Shown one piece after another: positions 41,144 through 55,682 of a stretch of 64,000 bases of DNA. The translations under genes and the position numbers were made by a program. The number at the start of each line of letters is the position of its first letter. Position 1 is the first letter of the stretch. The stretch comes from Epiperipatus broadwayi (lineage: Eukaryota > Animalia > Onychophora): NCBI GenBank assembly GCA_028023455.1, contig JAQFVV010000001.1, positions 11,098,001-11,162,000 of the forward strand. Reading direction: 5' to 3'. The notes beneath the pieces are model-generated. The model did no database searches and had not been told where the DNA came from. It saw only the letters and a program-made list of their open reading frames with translations.

Positions 41144-44100
41144 ATTCAATATCTTTTTTTACATCTTTATTAATTCTGAGACTTCAATAAACATTTATCA
41201 TAGACTATATAACCCTTAGTATATGAAACTTCTATAAATAAAATATAAAAATGACTATTTCATATATGAAAAATATGCATATATAACACAACAAATATAA
41301 AATATCTACAGCATGATCTATCTTTTTAGACATATCTAATGATGAAACTGTGAATTAAATTCTGAAGAGAAATATTAAATAATGATAAAATTGTAAACAC
41401 AAATATAATGCATTGTGTGTATATTTATCAATGATTCCTATGAGAACAGACACTCAATTAATTCTCAGCCTGTATTGTGTACAACATATGTATATACAAT
41501 GAATTTAAATTAAAACAACAAGTGTTTTAATGACAAATAATATCTTCTATATAATTATTTGTTAATAAATTGAAATTTGAAACTAGTTTATTTATATAAC
41601 ATACATATATAACGCTTAAGAATTATAGGACAATGGAAAATTTTTAATAATAAATGACCTCTAGTGTCTTTACTATTAATATTGATAAATTAAAGATTTA
41701 AAACAATTTACATATATTATGTATGAATATTACATGTGAATAAAAAAAAATAGAAAATTTTAATACTCAAAGAAACTTAACATGTTGTTAATTATAACGA
41801 TTGGTTAAAACTTAAAATTAGTTTACATACATATAAATAGTTAATTTTGAAAATCAATCGTACAAAAAAGAAAATACAAAAAAAAATGACCAAATTTAGT
41901 TACCATTTAATCTTCTTATCCGTTCTTCATTTTGGAGTTCAATAACTATTTAATGTGTTTTGTCCATTCTGGTGTAGGTTAAGATAGTTTAAAATGACAA
42001 ATGTGTGAATTCATAAGTCTTTTTGTTTTATAAACAATTGACAAATAGCATTTTTTAAAATCCAGGTTAGGTTATGATGTATCAATTAAAATGATGGACC
42101 AACTTTGAATATGTAGCTAATGATTATTTTGGCTTGCGATATACAAATAGCTATTCATTCTCTTTGTTTTCTACTCCACATGTCTGCTCATTAATAATTT
42201 GCTTATTTTTCACTAGATCTTGATTGTGAAGTAAGACAAGATGTAGGGTTTGAACCCTGGATCATAATTTATTTTTTTAATCTGCCATTCCTAATGACAT
42301 TGAGTCAAATAAATATTGTAGTTATGCAAAGAAAATTATAGAAGAGATAACAGAACAGTTTTCCTTTCTTTCCTTAATGGTGATTATCAATCCTTGTTGC
42401 TATAGTATTTTTTTAGGTCTATTGTTTATCTCAGTATTTCATGTGCTACTAATATCAATATCTTTATTACAACAACCAACGATTTTTCTAAATATTAAAA
42501 TTAAAGAAAAAAAATTACATATAAAAATTAGCTTTACAGGTTACAAAAACAAAATAGATAAATAAACAAATAATAATACAATTACATCGCAAATGATTTC
42601 TAAAATAAAATACGATCTAAGCACATTTAGTACTTTTATATGCCAATATTTTATTCATTGATATTACAAAAAGACAACTACTTTAAACACAAACCAATAT
42701 CTCAGTAATATATATATTTATATCACCACTGCTATTTAAATCTCACAATCATAAATAAATGCATATACCAAAACAAAAAGAAAATTGAAATAAATAACAA
42801 TAACAACAACTAACAATAACAACATATATATAAACTCCCATATCAAAGCCAAATCAAAGATTTTTTTTAAAACAATAATGACACTTTGATAAAAAAGATT
42901 GGTCTCTCCAATGTTTGCAATATATATAGTATCTACTAAAATCAAAACACTACTGATATTATGATGAATGGAAAAAAATAAAAATTATATGATGAAATAA
43001 AAGTATTTAAATTCTATTACTAATATACCTAAAAAAGTAAAAAATTATTGAAATCCTAAAATATGGCAACAGAATACAGAAAAAATTAATTAAAAATATG
43101 CTCTAAAATGAAAATATTTTAATTTTACAATTAACAAGCAACTCATTGTAACTGACATCAAATGTTCAATTACGAGAGAAATATTAAAATCTTAAGATAT
43201 GCCAGCAGATTATAGAAAAAAGTGCATAAACCAACATAAAGTAAAAAGTTCAATTACAAAAGAAATATTAAGCAAAACACGAAGGATATATTAAATGGAA
43301 AAAAAATAAAAATTTCAAAACAATATTTACAGTTTAGCAAATATTAATATTGGTCAATGTAAATAATTGCTTACGTGGGAAACATTAAAATTACTTTCAC
43401 TATTAAATGAGCAAGGTTAAAAAATTAAATTAATTTTACAACTAATAAATAAAACTAAAAAGCATATTACATTGGATTTTAAAAAATGAACATATCAAAA
43501 ACAATTGTTTAGCAAATATTAATATCTGATCAAAAAAAAAAAAAACCATTTCTAGTATCTACTAATGAGCCTGAGTATAATATATATTAAACTTATTAAA
43601 TAAAACTATGAAAACATATTACACATGATTAAAAAATTAAAACAAAAAATTATTAACCCAACATAAATATGATAAAACTTGGAAGTAAAACAACTATTTA
43701 TTAGTTTATCAAATATAAAAATTAATACTACAATTTATTAAAAAAAAAAAAAAACATTTTATTAATGTTAATTTTTTAAATATAATTTTGTTATTATTTC
43801 AAAATGTATAAGTTTGTGTTCCACTTCTGCACGTGATCAAAAGAGAGAGAGAGAGAAAGAAATAATGATCATGTGATGTTTAGTGGTTTACAAAAAGAAA
43901 TCAATGGTCATCATTGACATTCAAAGGAGTCATATTTGACACCTGGTGTGTCAATCGGAAAAACAAATAAAAAAGTTTTGGTCAAACTCTTAGTATAAAG
44001 AGGGGGGGGGGGATTAAAACCATTCATTATTTAACTATCTAGCCATCCATCCATCCATTCAACAATTGGCTGTCTATGTCTATTATCTACATATCTATCG

Positions 44101-47100
44101 ATCTATCTTTTACTTGTCTCTTTATCTGTTTATCTATCCATTTTGATGTCTTCTAACTCTTTGACACCCTAGTGCTTCTTCTTCCTCTATCCTTTTAATT
44201 TCTAGCTTTCTGAGCTTTGGAATATTATATCATTATCAAATTATTCTGAAACTGTTTATAACTGAATTTGAATAACTTCTCTCATAGTTTTGTATGTAAA
44301 TTAGTCCTTTTATGATCTTTTTTTTTTTATAATCATTGTAATTCATTTCTTTCTAAATTATATTTAGTATTTAACAGATAACGTTATTTTTTATACACGA
44401 CTATTTTATATTTTATTACATTTCAATTTTTCTACTTTAATATAAAATACTTTTACACATATATATTAAAATATTGATTATTCCTTTACATGTGATGAGT
44501 AAATAATGTAATTAATTTTTTTTCAAAGTAATATAATCTTTTGGATTAACAAAAGAAAAGTCCAATAATATAAAATAAATTTTTTCCTCTCTAAAATCAA
44601 TCAATCACTACAAATTTCTTAAATGCAGTTTTTGGATCACCAAATTAGAATCCACGAATAAAAGACCACTACGTATTTGATTAATAGTGTGGAAACATCT
44701 GCTGATAAAATAGAGTTTAAATGTTTGTCAAGAAAGACTGGATAATCATGCGAAGATAACAGGTACTTAACGTCTGCAGTAGCTAGAAATAAATTAATGT
44801 CAAGGTTAAATAGGTCAATTAAATGTCACTAAAATAGAACTAAAATCAATAATGAATAAAATCAGTAATGTGTTACCAATCCATTTAAAATAAATATAAC
44901 TAAAATTTATTACTATATAATAATTATAGAAGCGACAAGAAAAAAAAAAGAAACAGATACAATGAAAGGACTTTCGATTTATTTCTAAATAGTATTATCA
45001 ATTTTATTTAACATTACGAAAATAAGTCATTAAAATTAAATGAATCTAATATTTTATTTTGTCATTAAAATAATAGTGAAGGAAATGGACAAAGGGGAGA
45101 TCTTTTTAAAACAATACAATTAGTCTGAATTAGAATTTAAATTTACATATATATTAGAATGTAAAATCTAATTAAAGGCAAGTTCAGATGAGTAAACTAT
45201 ACTATTTCTGCTGATTACTACTCTTTTAATATAATTGATTTAGCACTTCATAATTAGAAATCCTAAATGCATATTAACATATTTTATAGAATAAAATGTG
45301 CGAACTTGTGATAGTTGATACTATCTAAAATTAATAAAATAAAAGAATTGCATAGAAGAATTAAAATGATTTGGAATTCTTAATAATAAGATTATATTAG
45401 TATATCATTTGACACACAAAAATAATTACTATATTAATAAACACATTTCTCCTTCAGCACCATCTATTGTAAACTTGAATAATCAATGATTACCATTCAA
45501 CAATGAAATTTAATACCCAGACCCGTTTCTAGCATTTGCTTTTATCAATGAGGGTTTGGATTTCAAATCTAGAATCAATACACTTATATATTATGAGCTA
45601 TCTTCAACTTCTTTTTACTACCTAGATTTTAGCTTTAAAGTAATAAAAAAAAAACTAAGATTTTTGAATCCAAGATAACTTGCTTGTATATTTGTATAAA
45701 TTACACACCAGGTCAATAACTACATTTTAAAAGCATCCTAACTATAAATGTTAATACCAGCACAATGTTAATTTACTCTCAAAATTTATTATTTTAACAA
45801 GAACATTTCTCTGTACTCTAGGGATCTTTGTTGTAAATTTGAGTTGGCAGTATTTCCCAGATGATAATGTAAATTAATTTCTATTCCTTAAACTGTTTTC
45901 TGGTTGGTTAAGATTTTAATTTAAAATTTGCACCAATGTTTGTATAGTTGGGAAGATCTGACACCAGGTCAGAAACTATATATTTTACTAATTCCATTTC
46001 TACTCTTTCTATAGACATTTTCTCTCTTGTGTTAAAAATATTACTTTGAGCACATCAATTGATAATCCATATTTATGATAGCTGATGCTAAAGAATAGAG
46101 AGAAGAACTGCTCTTGTTAAGATAATAAGCTTTGAAAATCAGATGATATATCAATTTTGGCATTCTTAGAGAAAAAGATGTTTCCAGTTAGAAATGAGAT
46201 TATTAAAATAAATAGCTATTGACTTGATATCATATCTATACAACAAACTACATATGCATATTGGCAAGGATTCAAAACTTTAGGATTTTTTTTTTAAGTT
46301 CAAGCTCATAACTTGATATTAAAAAAATTAAATATATTTTTTAGATGCATAACTGTGATACTTCCAATGTTATATCCTAAGTCTTTATTGTTAAAGGGAA
46401 AAAAAATTGACCTAGGGATTGGGAAAAAATTGCACTATTGTCTGGTAATTCTTAACAATTCAAGCTTACAATAGGTAGTGCTAAAATATAATAAATTAAT
46501 ATTATATGTAAATGAAATATGCATTTGCACTTTTAAAAACTTTTAATAATTGTCCATTTTATTTCATAATTATAAAACATAGAATATAAAATTGAATCTT
46601 AAGTAGGGATTACAAATGACATAAGAAAATAAAAAAGATATGTTGAGATAACAAAAAAAAAAGATTTGGGTTTAGAATGGTCATATTACTGATAAATTTA
46701 TAAAAATTAAAACACTTATAATAAGAAAAGATAAAGTTAACAAACATTTTTTATAAAAACTGAAATAGAAAAAAATTTAAAGCTTGTGGACAAAAAGCCA
46801 AAATAAAGAATATTATTATGAAATGTCTATATAATAACAAAAAGTCCAAAATCACAATTTTTTATTGTATGTTTTTTTTTTAATATGTTTAATTGTCTTA
46901 TTAAATGAATTTATTTTTTCTGATTTTTTTTTCAGCAATAAAATAAGATGTAATTAACTCATCACTAATAAAGTTAATTATATATGTATAAGTTTTAATT
47001 AATTAATTGAGGCATTTGAAAATTTACTTTGATTTCAACATTACTTGCATGTTTTAATTTTTGCAAAGAAATTCTGCTGTTATGTAAGATAGTCCACTTT

Positions 47101-47809
47101 AATTTATTCCATATTAACTTTTCTTAATGACCTATTAATTGAAATAGTGCTGCTGAGAAGTTCAAAAGAAGTTTTGAGCACTGAATTTAGCACAATCATG
47201 ATATACAGATCTTAAGCTTCAGAGATAACCAATAGACCATTACATTGCAATGTACAGCGCACATGATTTATGTGATTTATAGTACATAAGTAGCATTACA
47301 AAACAATGAGATCATTTTATTTGCTCTTTGCCATAAATACTCAATTCTGTTTTGTAAAGAAATAGTATAACCTGTACTAAAAAAATTATTATTCGTGGAC
47401 ATTAACATTCAAAATTTATAAAATTTTCACATCAAAAAATATTTTATCTATTTTTTGATCATTTAAAATATAAAAACTATCCTAGCTTGTGCTATATAAA
47501 TGCTGTCTGAAGCCTAGTGGTTAGTAGTCCATCCAAGTTAATTTAGCATATAAACAATTACATTGTAAAAACATTTACTACAAAAAAACATATGCAATGT
47601 GTATTAGGAATTTGACTTTCTCATTGTCCCTATAGATTCAAAGATAAATCAAAGAATCTATTCTCATTTAACAACATTTTATTTGTCCACTTTTTTTGTT
47701 ATATACAATCAACTGCATGATTTTTTTAAAAATTGATATTTTTTTTTAGTTCGCTTTTAATATGTAAATCTTTTGTGAGTAAATTTAATGATTGTTTTAT
47801 TATGCTTAG

Positions 47810-48180
47810 TTTTTTTTTTTTTTCAAAAACAACTTTATTGGAATTATTTATGTTACATAAGTTAAGTAAGTCAAAGAGTCCAGGTAATCTTGACACCTTA
47901 TGCTGGCATTGTAGCACTAGGTGACTGCATCATGGTGTAAGTGTGAGTGTTTTGAATTTCTCAAGGTGAGTGTTCGTGTGCTTGGGAAGGAGATGCTTGT
48001 CCAGGTGTCTCTGAAAAGCCATTCAGGAGCTAATAATTTATCTCTTTGTTTTATCTTGATGAATAGCTTGAGGAAGGTCTGGCAGTCATTGAGGTTTCCT
48101 TGCATGAAAATGAGCTTACACCTGGCAAGCCAGATTGTAGTTGATTTATTTCAAATGTTTTTTTTTAATATATACCAGAA
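47810..48180 (-). mobile_element. 3' end of an L1/Tx1-like LINE with poly(A) tail
   Basis: Minus strand ends AATAAAGTTGTTTTTG-A14 (T-run 47810-47823); GAGACACCTGGAC segment resembles 4679-4692 of the other L1/Tx1 relic. Confidence 0.55.
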
Positions 48181-48849
48181 GCCAATTATTCTTTTTAAGT
48201 TTTTTGTAAATTAACTATGTGTATATATTTAGAACATTAAAATCTCATTTAGAAAAACACTATTTCAATCAAACTCATAAAATTTGTTCAAAACACATTT
48301 CCACTTGATACTTATGAAATTAACTATATTAAAAAATCATATATTGGCTAATTAGTTTATATATATATCAAGAAGAATTATTTCTTCTCATGTTAGCTGC
48401 AGGATATCCTATTTGTTAAATAGGTATTTAGTTAGGTTAAATTTATTAAAAGATTTACATACATGAAATGATCATGTGACATAATTTGAAACATTTTAAG
48501 TGTTTAATTTTATTGAATATAACTGTAAAAGAAAAAAAAAGATAGTATTTTTTTCTTATGTAATTTCATTTATATATATAATTTATTTTTTATAAAAATT
48601 AGAAGGTATTCAGAACTTTATCTTGAAAGAAATTACATGGAAATTCATTTGTCAATTTGTGTATAAATAGATTTTCAAGAAAAACAATAAAAGATTATGA
48701 TCTTTATTTCTAAAGAAAATAAGGATTACATTAAATAATATTTATCAATTGGTGCATTCATATATTTTTTTTGGGGGAGGGGGCTCTTGTAAAAAGTATT
48801 GACAGGACTTAATACAATAATTTTTTGAAATAATTATACAATTGCATAA

Positions 48850-49710
48850 AATGTATATGGCTGTAGAATTCAGTATGATTTATTAGTAGTAAGTTCAGCT
48901 ATCAGAAATTCAGCCTGGCAATCTGATGTTACTCTGATTTCATTCTTGAAAAAAAGGTAAAGAAATTATTTTTGCAAAGAACTGTAATAGTAATGTTCAA
49001 CAAGCTTTAGATACTGATCCACAAAAAATCATGTCTAACTCAACTTATGCTAAGCTGAACTGAAACAGATCATTATTGACCCAACCATGATCTCATTAAA
49101 TGGAATATATGAGAAGAAACATACCCTTGTAAGAAACTTTTAATAAGCCTTACATACTGATCCACCCAATATCATGACTGTCTCATCTTATGCTAACCTG
49201 TATTGAGAATAATTGTTAAAATGTAAATCCAGAATTAAACAGGATTACTCACTCAGTCCAATCATTTTCAATCTCTTGCTAGAGTTTATTTTATGTACTA
49301 TCACTAGTTTACAATGGAGTATAAGCTTCTTGACAGGAACATTGACTATCCACCATATGCTAACAATATGATCCTGTCAGCACAGAGTCTGTGACAGCTG
49401 CTTGGTCTGGGTTCAAATCTAATACTAAAAAGTGTGCCTCACTGCATATTGACAATAAAACAAGAACAGCCTTATGCACAGAATATGTTCTTCAGGATCA
49501 AAGCTTGGTCTCTTTCTCTGAGAAAGACTTTTATTTGAATCTAGGAGTCCTCACAAGTTATCATATAGATAAATCTATGGAGGCAGTTTTCCTAGATAAA
49601 CTTGGCACCTCTCATAGCAAAAGTTTAATGCCATCAACATGTTTATCATCCTTTCACTACAATCTAGAATATTATTATGAACCCATTTTATTTCAATACT
49701 GCTCTTTTTA
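48850..49710 (+). mobile_element. Reverse transcriptase relic of a restriction-like-endonuclease clade non-LTR element (NeSL/Utopia/R2-like)
   Basis: RIKQDYSLSPIIFNLLLE (49231; GIKQG.PLSP..FNL motif), YANNMIL (decayed YADD), WSGFKSNTKKCASLHI and FYLNLGV (ORF 49391..49711). Confidence 0.75.
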
Positions 49711-49808
49711 GATATTTTTCTTTTCTCTTGTCATTACTCATATATTTGCAAGAAGACAGCTTTAAAGAAATATACATTTCAAATCAAATCTAATTTTTTA
49801 AATGATTT

Positions 49809-50630
49809 TACTGTATTACTTTAAATATAAGATGCCCCCTAATTTAAGATTCAGTTGGATTTTAAGCCAAAAAATTGAAAAAAAATTAATCCCCAAATTT
49901 AAGATGCACAGATGTATTTAAATAGGAAACTAATATAAATACAATAAACTCACCTAATTTATTGTTAATCTTCTTCAGATATATGATGCATTCACTTTCT
50001 ACATCTTCACTTTCAGAACTTGAATTCTCATCTTCAGACTATTTAAATTGCCATCACATTATAATTTCTTTGTCAATTTGCTTTTATGTAAAAGTATATT
50101 TTTCTATTAAAATCTGAATCATTTTTCTAAAATAACTTATATTTTTATAAATACTATGTAAAAAAGATTCTAAAACATGTTTTTATTTTGAAAATAAAAA
50201 AAGCTATTGGAATTGACAAAAATTTGACAGGTACTCTCTTGTATAGAGAGCAAAAAATAACCAATTAGTGATTTGGAAGGCAGGATCTTATATCATTGTT
50301 ATATTGATTTGTTTGTTGTAAAAAAATTCTGAAGATTATTCAGTAGAGTTTCTTGATGAAATAATGATAAAATCAGCAAAATAATGTTAAAAGTAGTGGC
50401 TTGAGAGAGAGAGAGAGAGTAAAAGCCATTTACAAAATTAATCTAAAAAATATTGATTAAAAAATTTAACATGCTATTCTACACAGGTAACAATTGTAAT
50501 ACTGTGTGCATGTATAGCATAAAGATTCACAGAAATAAGCTGAATTTTTGTTTCAAATTTAAGATGCAATTTTCTTTTATAGGTTCAAAATTTGGGAAAA
50601 AGTGTATCTTATATTCAAAGTAATATAGTA
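49809..50630. mobile_element. pogo/Tigger-like non-autonomous DNA transposon
   Basis: TIRs TACTGTATTACTTTAAATATAAGATGC (49809) and GTATCTTATATTCAAAGTAATATAGTA (ending 50630); acidic transposase-tail remnant on the minus strand near 49970-50040. Confidence 0.75.
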
Positions 50631-50829
50631 TATAAAACAATCAAATATTTGTTTCTATATTCTTTTTTTAAAAGAATTAAAAATGAAATGTTGAGGTAAA
50701 TTAAACTGCAATCTAAGAAGAAAGTAAAATAAATCATTTCCATATAGCATATTTTAATTAGTAATTTACAATAATTTTAATTCAATACATATATATTAAC
50801 TAATTATAATAACTTCGTATATGTATAAT

Positions 50830-52170
50830 ATTTAAATACATGTATGTTGTCGATATTAAACTTAATGTAATTAGAAGAGACTTGAACCCAGATTTTCTAG
50901 GTTCCTACAGATATCTACTCTATCTTATGCAACTGATATACATGATCACGTGATGTGAAAAAGATAAATGATCTCCAATATTTGTATTTTGTGATGAACC
51001 AGCACCCATCAGTTGGGCCAGATCACCATCTCCCAGAACATATATACAATAGAAATTTTTCAAACTTTAATGGACAAGTTTCAATCTTCCCCACTCTACA
51101 ACTCTTCAGCCATCCATATCATTGAAAATTTTAAAATAAAACATTCAAAGCCCTTGTTGATTCCAATATTATTGTCATACCCATGTTGACTTTAAGTCAT
51201 TCTGACCCCTCACATATAGGACTTTAATATATTCATTTAAATATACAGAAGTGGGATGGGAAGAGTATCATCTGAATATAGAATATTTATATGCATGTAT
51301 TTTGTCTATACTAAAGTTAACGTAATTAGAAGGGACTTGAATTCAGATTTTCAAGATTCCTACAGCTATTCACTCTATCTTATACAACTGATACACATGA
51401 CTATATACACGTGAAAAAGATAGATGATCTCCAAATAATAAATGGTCCTTGAACTTTCAATGAAGTGACTGGCTGAAGAGTTGAATGGTGGAGAAGATTG
51501 AAGCTTGTCCATTAAAGTTTAAAGATTTGCTATGTTAATATAAACTGAGCACTGATTGTATACATGTATGGAAGATGATCTGGATCAACTGATGAGGGCT
51601 GGTTTAGCATAAAATACATATATTGGAGATCATTTATCTTTTTTACATCTATGTGGTCATGTGTATTGGTTGTATAAGATAGAGTGGATATCTGTAGAAA
51701 GCTTGAAACTCTAAGTTCAAGTCCCTTTTAATTACATTAAGTTTGGTATAGACAATATACATGTATTTAAATATTACATATTTAGCCAGTATTTTGCCCA
51801 TCCTGCTTCTGTACATTTAAATGGACCTATTAAGATTCTATATGTGAGAGTTCAGAATGACTTAAAGTCAACATGGGTATGACAATAATATTGGCATCAA
51901 CAAAGACTTTGAGCATTCCAGTCTCAGATTTTCAATGTTATGGATGGCTGAAGAGTTGGAGGGTGGGAAACTTGTTTATTAAAGTTTAAAGATTGGCTAT
52001 CTTAATATAAAGTGAGCACTGATTGTATATATGTGTGGAAGATGGTAATATGGACCAACTATACTGAACACCATTTATCTTTTTCACATTATTGTTGTTA
52101 TGTCTATCAATTGTATAAGATAGAGTGGATATCTGTAAGAAGTTTAAGTCCCTTCTAATTATATGTATAT
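50830..52170. mobile_element. Hammerhead-repeat family C array: ~1.3 minus-strand units then ~1.5 plus-strand units (inversion ~51440-51470)
   Basis: TAATTAGAAG.GACTTGAA at ~50868 and ~51323 (455 bp period); decayed hammerheads at 50975-51016 (-) and 51585-51626 (+); a third copy near 52040 has the core deleted. Confidence 0.85.
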
Positions 52171-53173
52171 ACAATACATTCTTGAGAGATTTCAGCAAAA
52201 TAAAAAATTCTTAAAATAAGTATAAATTGTAAACATTTTTCCCCTTTTTTAATCAAATAATTCATGTAACTTATATACATATATCCTAGACAAACAGTTC
52301 TTTGCAGGAATTCTTTCAATAATTTCTTGTGTCATTTTATAATTCATTCTTTAGGCTTCCTTCATTGACATGTACATGTACTTTTTTGGAAACAATGCTA
52401 GAATGAGATATATAAACTTTCCTGATAGAATTGAACTTTCCTGCTTCTGGGTTATAACTTTTTACTGAAAGTTGTTACATAAATACTCATCTCATCATCA
52501 TAATATATTTCTAGCTGCATTGTGAGTTGAAACTTTTTTAGAATATCATATTTGTGTTAATAAATATTGATTCAAGGTAGATTTTAGACACTTGGTAATT
52601 TTTTTTATTTTGTTAGCTTCTCTCATATCCAACTTCAAAAAGAGACTTGTAAAGAAACACACTTTTCAAAACCTTAAATAATCTTCATTAAATTTGACTA
52701 AAAAATATTAATTGTATACTATAATTATCTCTTTAATTAAATTCTTATCTTGAATAAAACTCTATCAGATTGATCTAATTATTGTCTTCCAGAAAAAAAA
52801 CATAAAATACAATTTTGTATTAAAATTAAAATATAATCTTAATTCATATTTTATATATCTTTTTTTAAAATTATTATTAAACCAAAATGTATATTTTTTA
52901 ATTACTTTTTTCTATATTAAAATCTATTTTCTACTTATCTAATTTAATTATGTTGTTTTTGAAGTAATGTAACATTCCAATCAGACATTCCCACATAATT
53001 TTTTTAATTTTAATTTTTAAATACATTTTTCTCTAATTCTAAATATTTCATTTCTGATAACAAAAATTAGCTTATTACTATTATAAAATATCATTAATAA
53101 TAATTTATTATTAATTTTTTTCTTAAATTTAAATCCTTCTGATATTAATAATAAAATTAATATATTTCTACAT

Positions 53174-53267
53174 TAGTAGTAATAGTAGTAGTGATAGTGG
53201 TAGTGGTGTGGTGGCAGTGATAGTGTAGTAGTTGTGGCGGTGGCAGTGGTGGTTGTGGTGATGATAA

Positions 53268-53338
<71 letters not shown>
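53174..53338. repeat. (TAG)n microsatellite with degenerate (TGG/TAG) 5' part
   Basis: Directly visible; source of the poly-Thr ORF 53173..53388. Confidence 0.95.
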
Positions 53339-53494
53339 TTCAGCCTCACTATTACTGTTAATCTGCTCTTTCTCATGTGTACGATCAAATGGATGATGAT
53401 GAAATAGATATGATAAATCTATTTCTATACATATATATTGAGTTTGTTGATTGTTAATGATATTGGTATTATGTAAGTGTGGACTGCTTTCATG

Positions 53495-53542
<48 letters not shown>

Positions 53543-53820
53543 ACTTATTCATGAGAATTTAACTAGATAATTAACACCTTCTTTATGCTTTCATACTGAT
53601 TAATAAAATTAATATTATTTGTACTTTTGATATTTTTACTTTAGATAATGATCATCATCACCATCACCGGGTTACTACTTCATTATCATCATGATACGTT
53701 TCATGCATATATAGATGGCTACTCAAATGTGACAATTAAATATTTGATCGTTAAATCACCATTTCCTTTTCATTTTCTCATGCATATTTATTCAATTACA
53801 TAAAAAATGATGCAGCAATG

Positions 53821-53851
<31 letters not shown>

Positions 53852-54149
53852 TATTCTACTACATATTAAATAGCGATCAACTAAGGGCTTGAATGCAATT
53901 ATCTCCATAAACAAAATCAAACAAAATATTTTTATATGATTAGAGAGCCAGTATAGATCTGATAATTTCATATATCTAGAATTCAAAATGATTTATAACT
54001 GCATTCATTTGAAAATAATAATGGTACTATATATTTGGAGAACAATAGGTAAGTAAACAAATTTAAAACCAAAAGGAATATTGGAAAAAGACAGATTTAC
54101 AAAAAAAAAAAAAAATTATATGGCATTAGAATTTAGAGACAAAAAAAAA

Positions 54150-54500
54150 TGCATAGTGATAAGCAGAAAGGTTTTATTAAAATAAACAACTACCGAATAG
54201 TATCCAAAAAGAATTCATGAGAAGTTGTCTTCAAATTCTTTGTATCATATAAGACTATAATAAAACATTGAAAACCTGAACTATCATTAGCTATTAAAAA
54301 TGAGATAACAATCACATAAAATAATAGAGATGGATTGGTCTACCATAGAACAATTTGGTAAATATACTGTTAGCCAACACTTTTTGAAATGATAAAGCAG
54401 AGATTAAAAAATATCAAAAGAATTTCTGAAAAAATAATATAGAAAGACATTGAAACTGAAGAATTTTTAAATGCTATAAATAGTATAAAAATTCATAAAC
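54150..54500 (+). mobile_element. Possible RT relic of an R2/NeSL-like non-LTR element
   Basis: KQKGFIK motif at ~54162 followed by A-rich broken coding-like sequence. Confidence 0.3.
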
Positions 54501-55251
54501 TTGGTGGGAACAAAATAAATAAAAATATAAATAATGATGAATATGGAAGTATTACAAAAAGCTGTGTGGATGAAAAGGTAGGGAGACATGTTACTAATAA
54601 TAATGACAAAAAATAAATTTGTGATGAATGGAACCAGTGATTTGGCAGAGAATCCCCAACATGTTTTGTTTAAGGATTGTCAATGGTTACATTAATAATA
54701 TGGAAAAAAAATTAATGTGTAATGTAATGTTGAATATAAAATGAATGCAGTATATATGTAAACAAAACAAATATTGATTTTGGTGCTTTAGATTAATCTA
54801 ACATGAATACAGAAGCTATGGATAAAAAGAAATTTTATTTTAAAAAAACTAAAGAGAAAATTACAGTCTGTATAGAGAAATCAGAATTCAATGAAATAAA
54901 TACAGAAAAGTTATTCCATTGTAAATTTCATTTTATAAATTTCATACATGATGATACAAATACCCTGAAAATGTTTCATAAAATTGAATATCAGAAGTTT
55001 TGCAAATGATTATGCAATATCCACAAAATTTACTAATTTTCTCTTTATAAGCAGAAAGAATGATTAAAATTCATAAGGGATTAATATAGTATCCTAAAAT
55101 ATTTGCTATATAGTTAAATACAAGAAATATTGTCAAGACTTATGTAATACTGAAAGCAAATAGTTAATCAAAAAAAATTTTTTTAACCATGAGAGATATA
55201 TATAATGAATCTGTTAAAAACTCTAAACAAACTTTTTTGAATATCCATATT

Positions 55252-55288
55252 TTCAGACCAGTTTCTAGCACTGGCTGTCATCAGTGAA
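55252..55288 (-). ncRNA. Type I minimal hammerhead ribozyme B1
   Basis: Minus strand: TTCA-CTGATGA-CAGCCAGTGCTA-GAAA-CTGG-TC-TGAA; intact core, GUC triplet; helix I extended by GAATGTCC/GGATATTC. Confidence 0.85.
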
Positions 55289-55645
55289 GTGCTAGGACAT
55301 TCAGGTATTAGTTATAAAAATACCAGATCAAGTAATAATAGTTACCTATTAGGTAAAAAATCTGAAATTTTCAGATGTCCATACATCTTCAAATTCAGCT
55401 ATCTAATTTAAATAGCCATATGGAACTGAACTAGTTCAGATAACCATATATTAGCAATATAAAATCTCCAAAATCTCAAGAGCAAAATAATAGTTGCAAG
55501 GAAATTGTCATATATCATGTGGCTTAATTTAGTAAGCTTGTACTACAAGTGTTATGTAATGAGCATGATAATAGCTTTTCATAAGCTTTTCTAAATATCC
55601 CTATCCTCAAACCAGTTTCTAGTTAATACCTAAATGTCCTAGTGC

Positions 55646-55682
55646 CTCACTTATGACATCCAGAGCTAGAAACCAGTCTGAG
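55646..55682 (+). ncRNA. Hammerhead ribozyme B2, core mutated (CUUAUGA)
   Basis: CTCA-CTTATGA-CATCCAGAGCTA-GAAA-CCAG-TC-TGAG. Confidence 0.7.

Noticed and set aside
52200-52700. piggyBac-like transposase remnant on the minus strand
   Set aside because: Only a vague YN...SKK resemblance; no TTAA or TIR support.
53173-53388. Poly-Thr ORF
   Set aside because: It is the reverse translation of the (TAG)n microsatellite.
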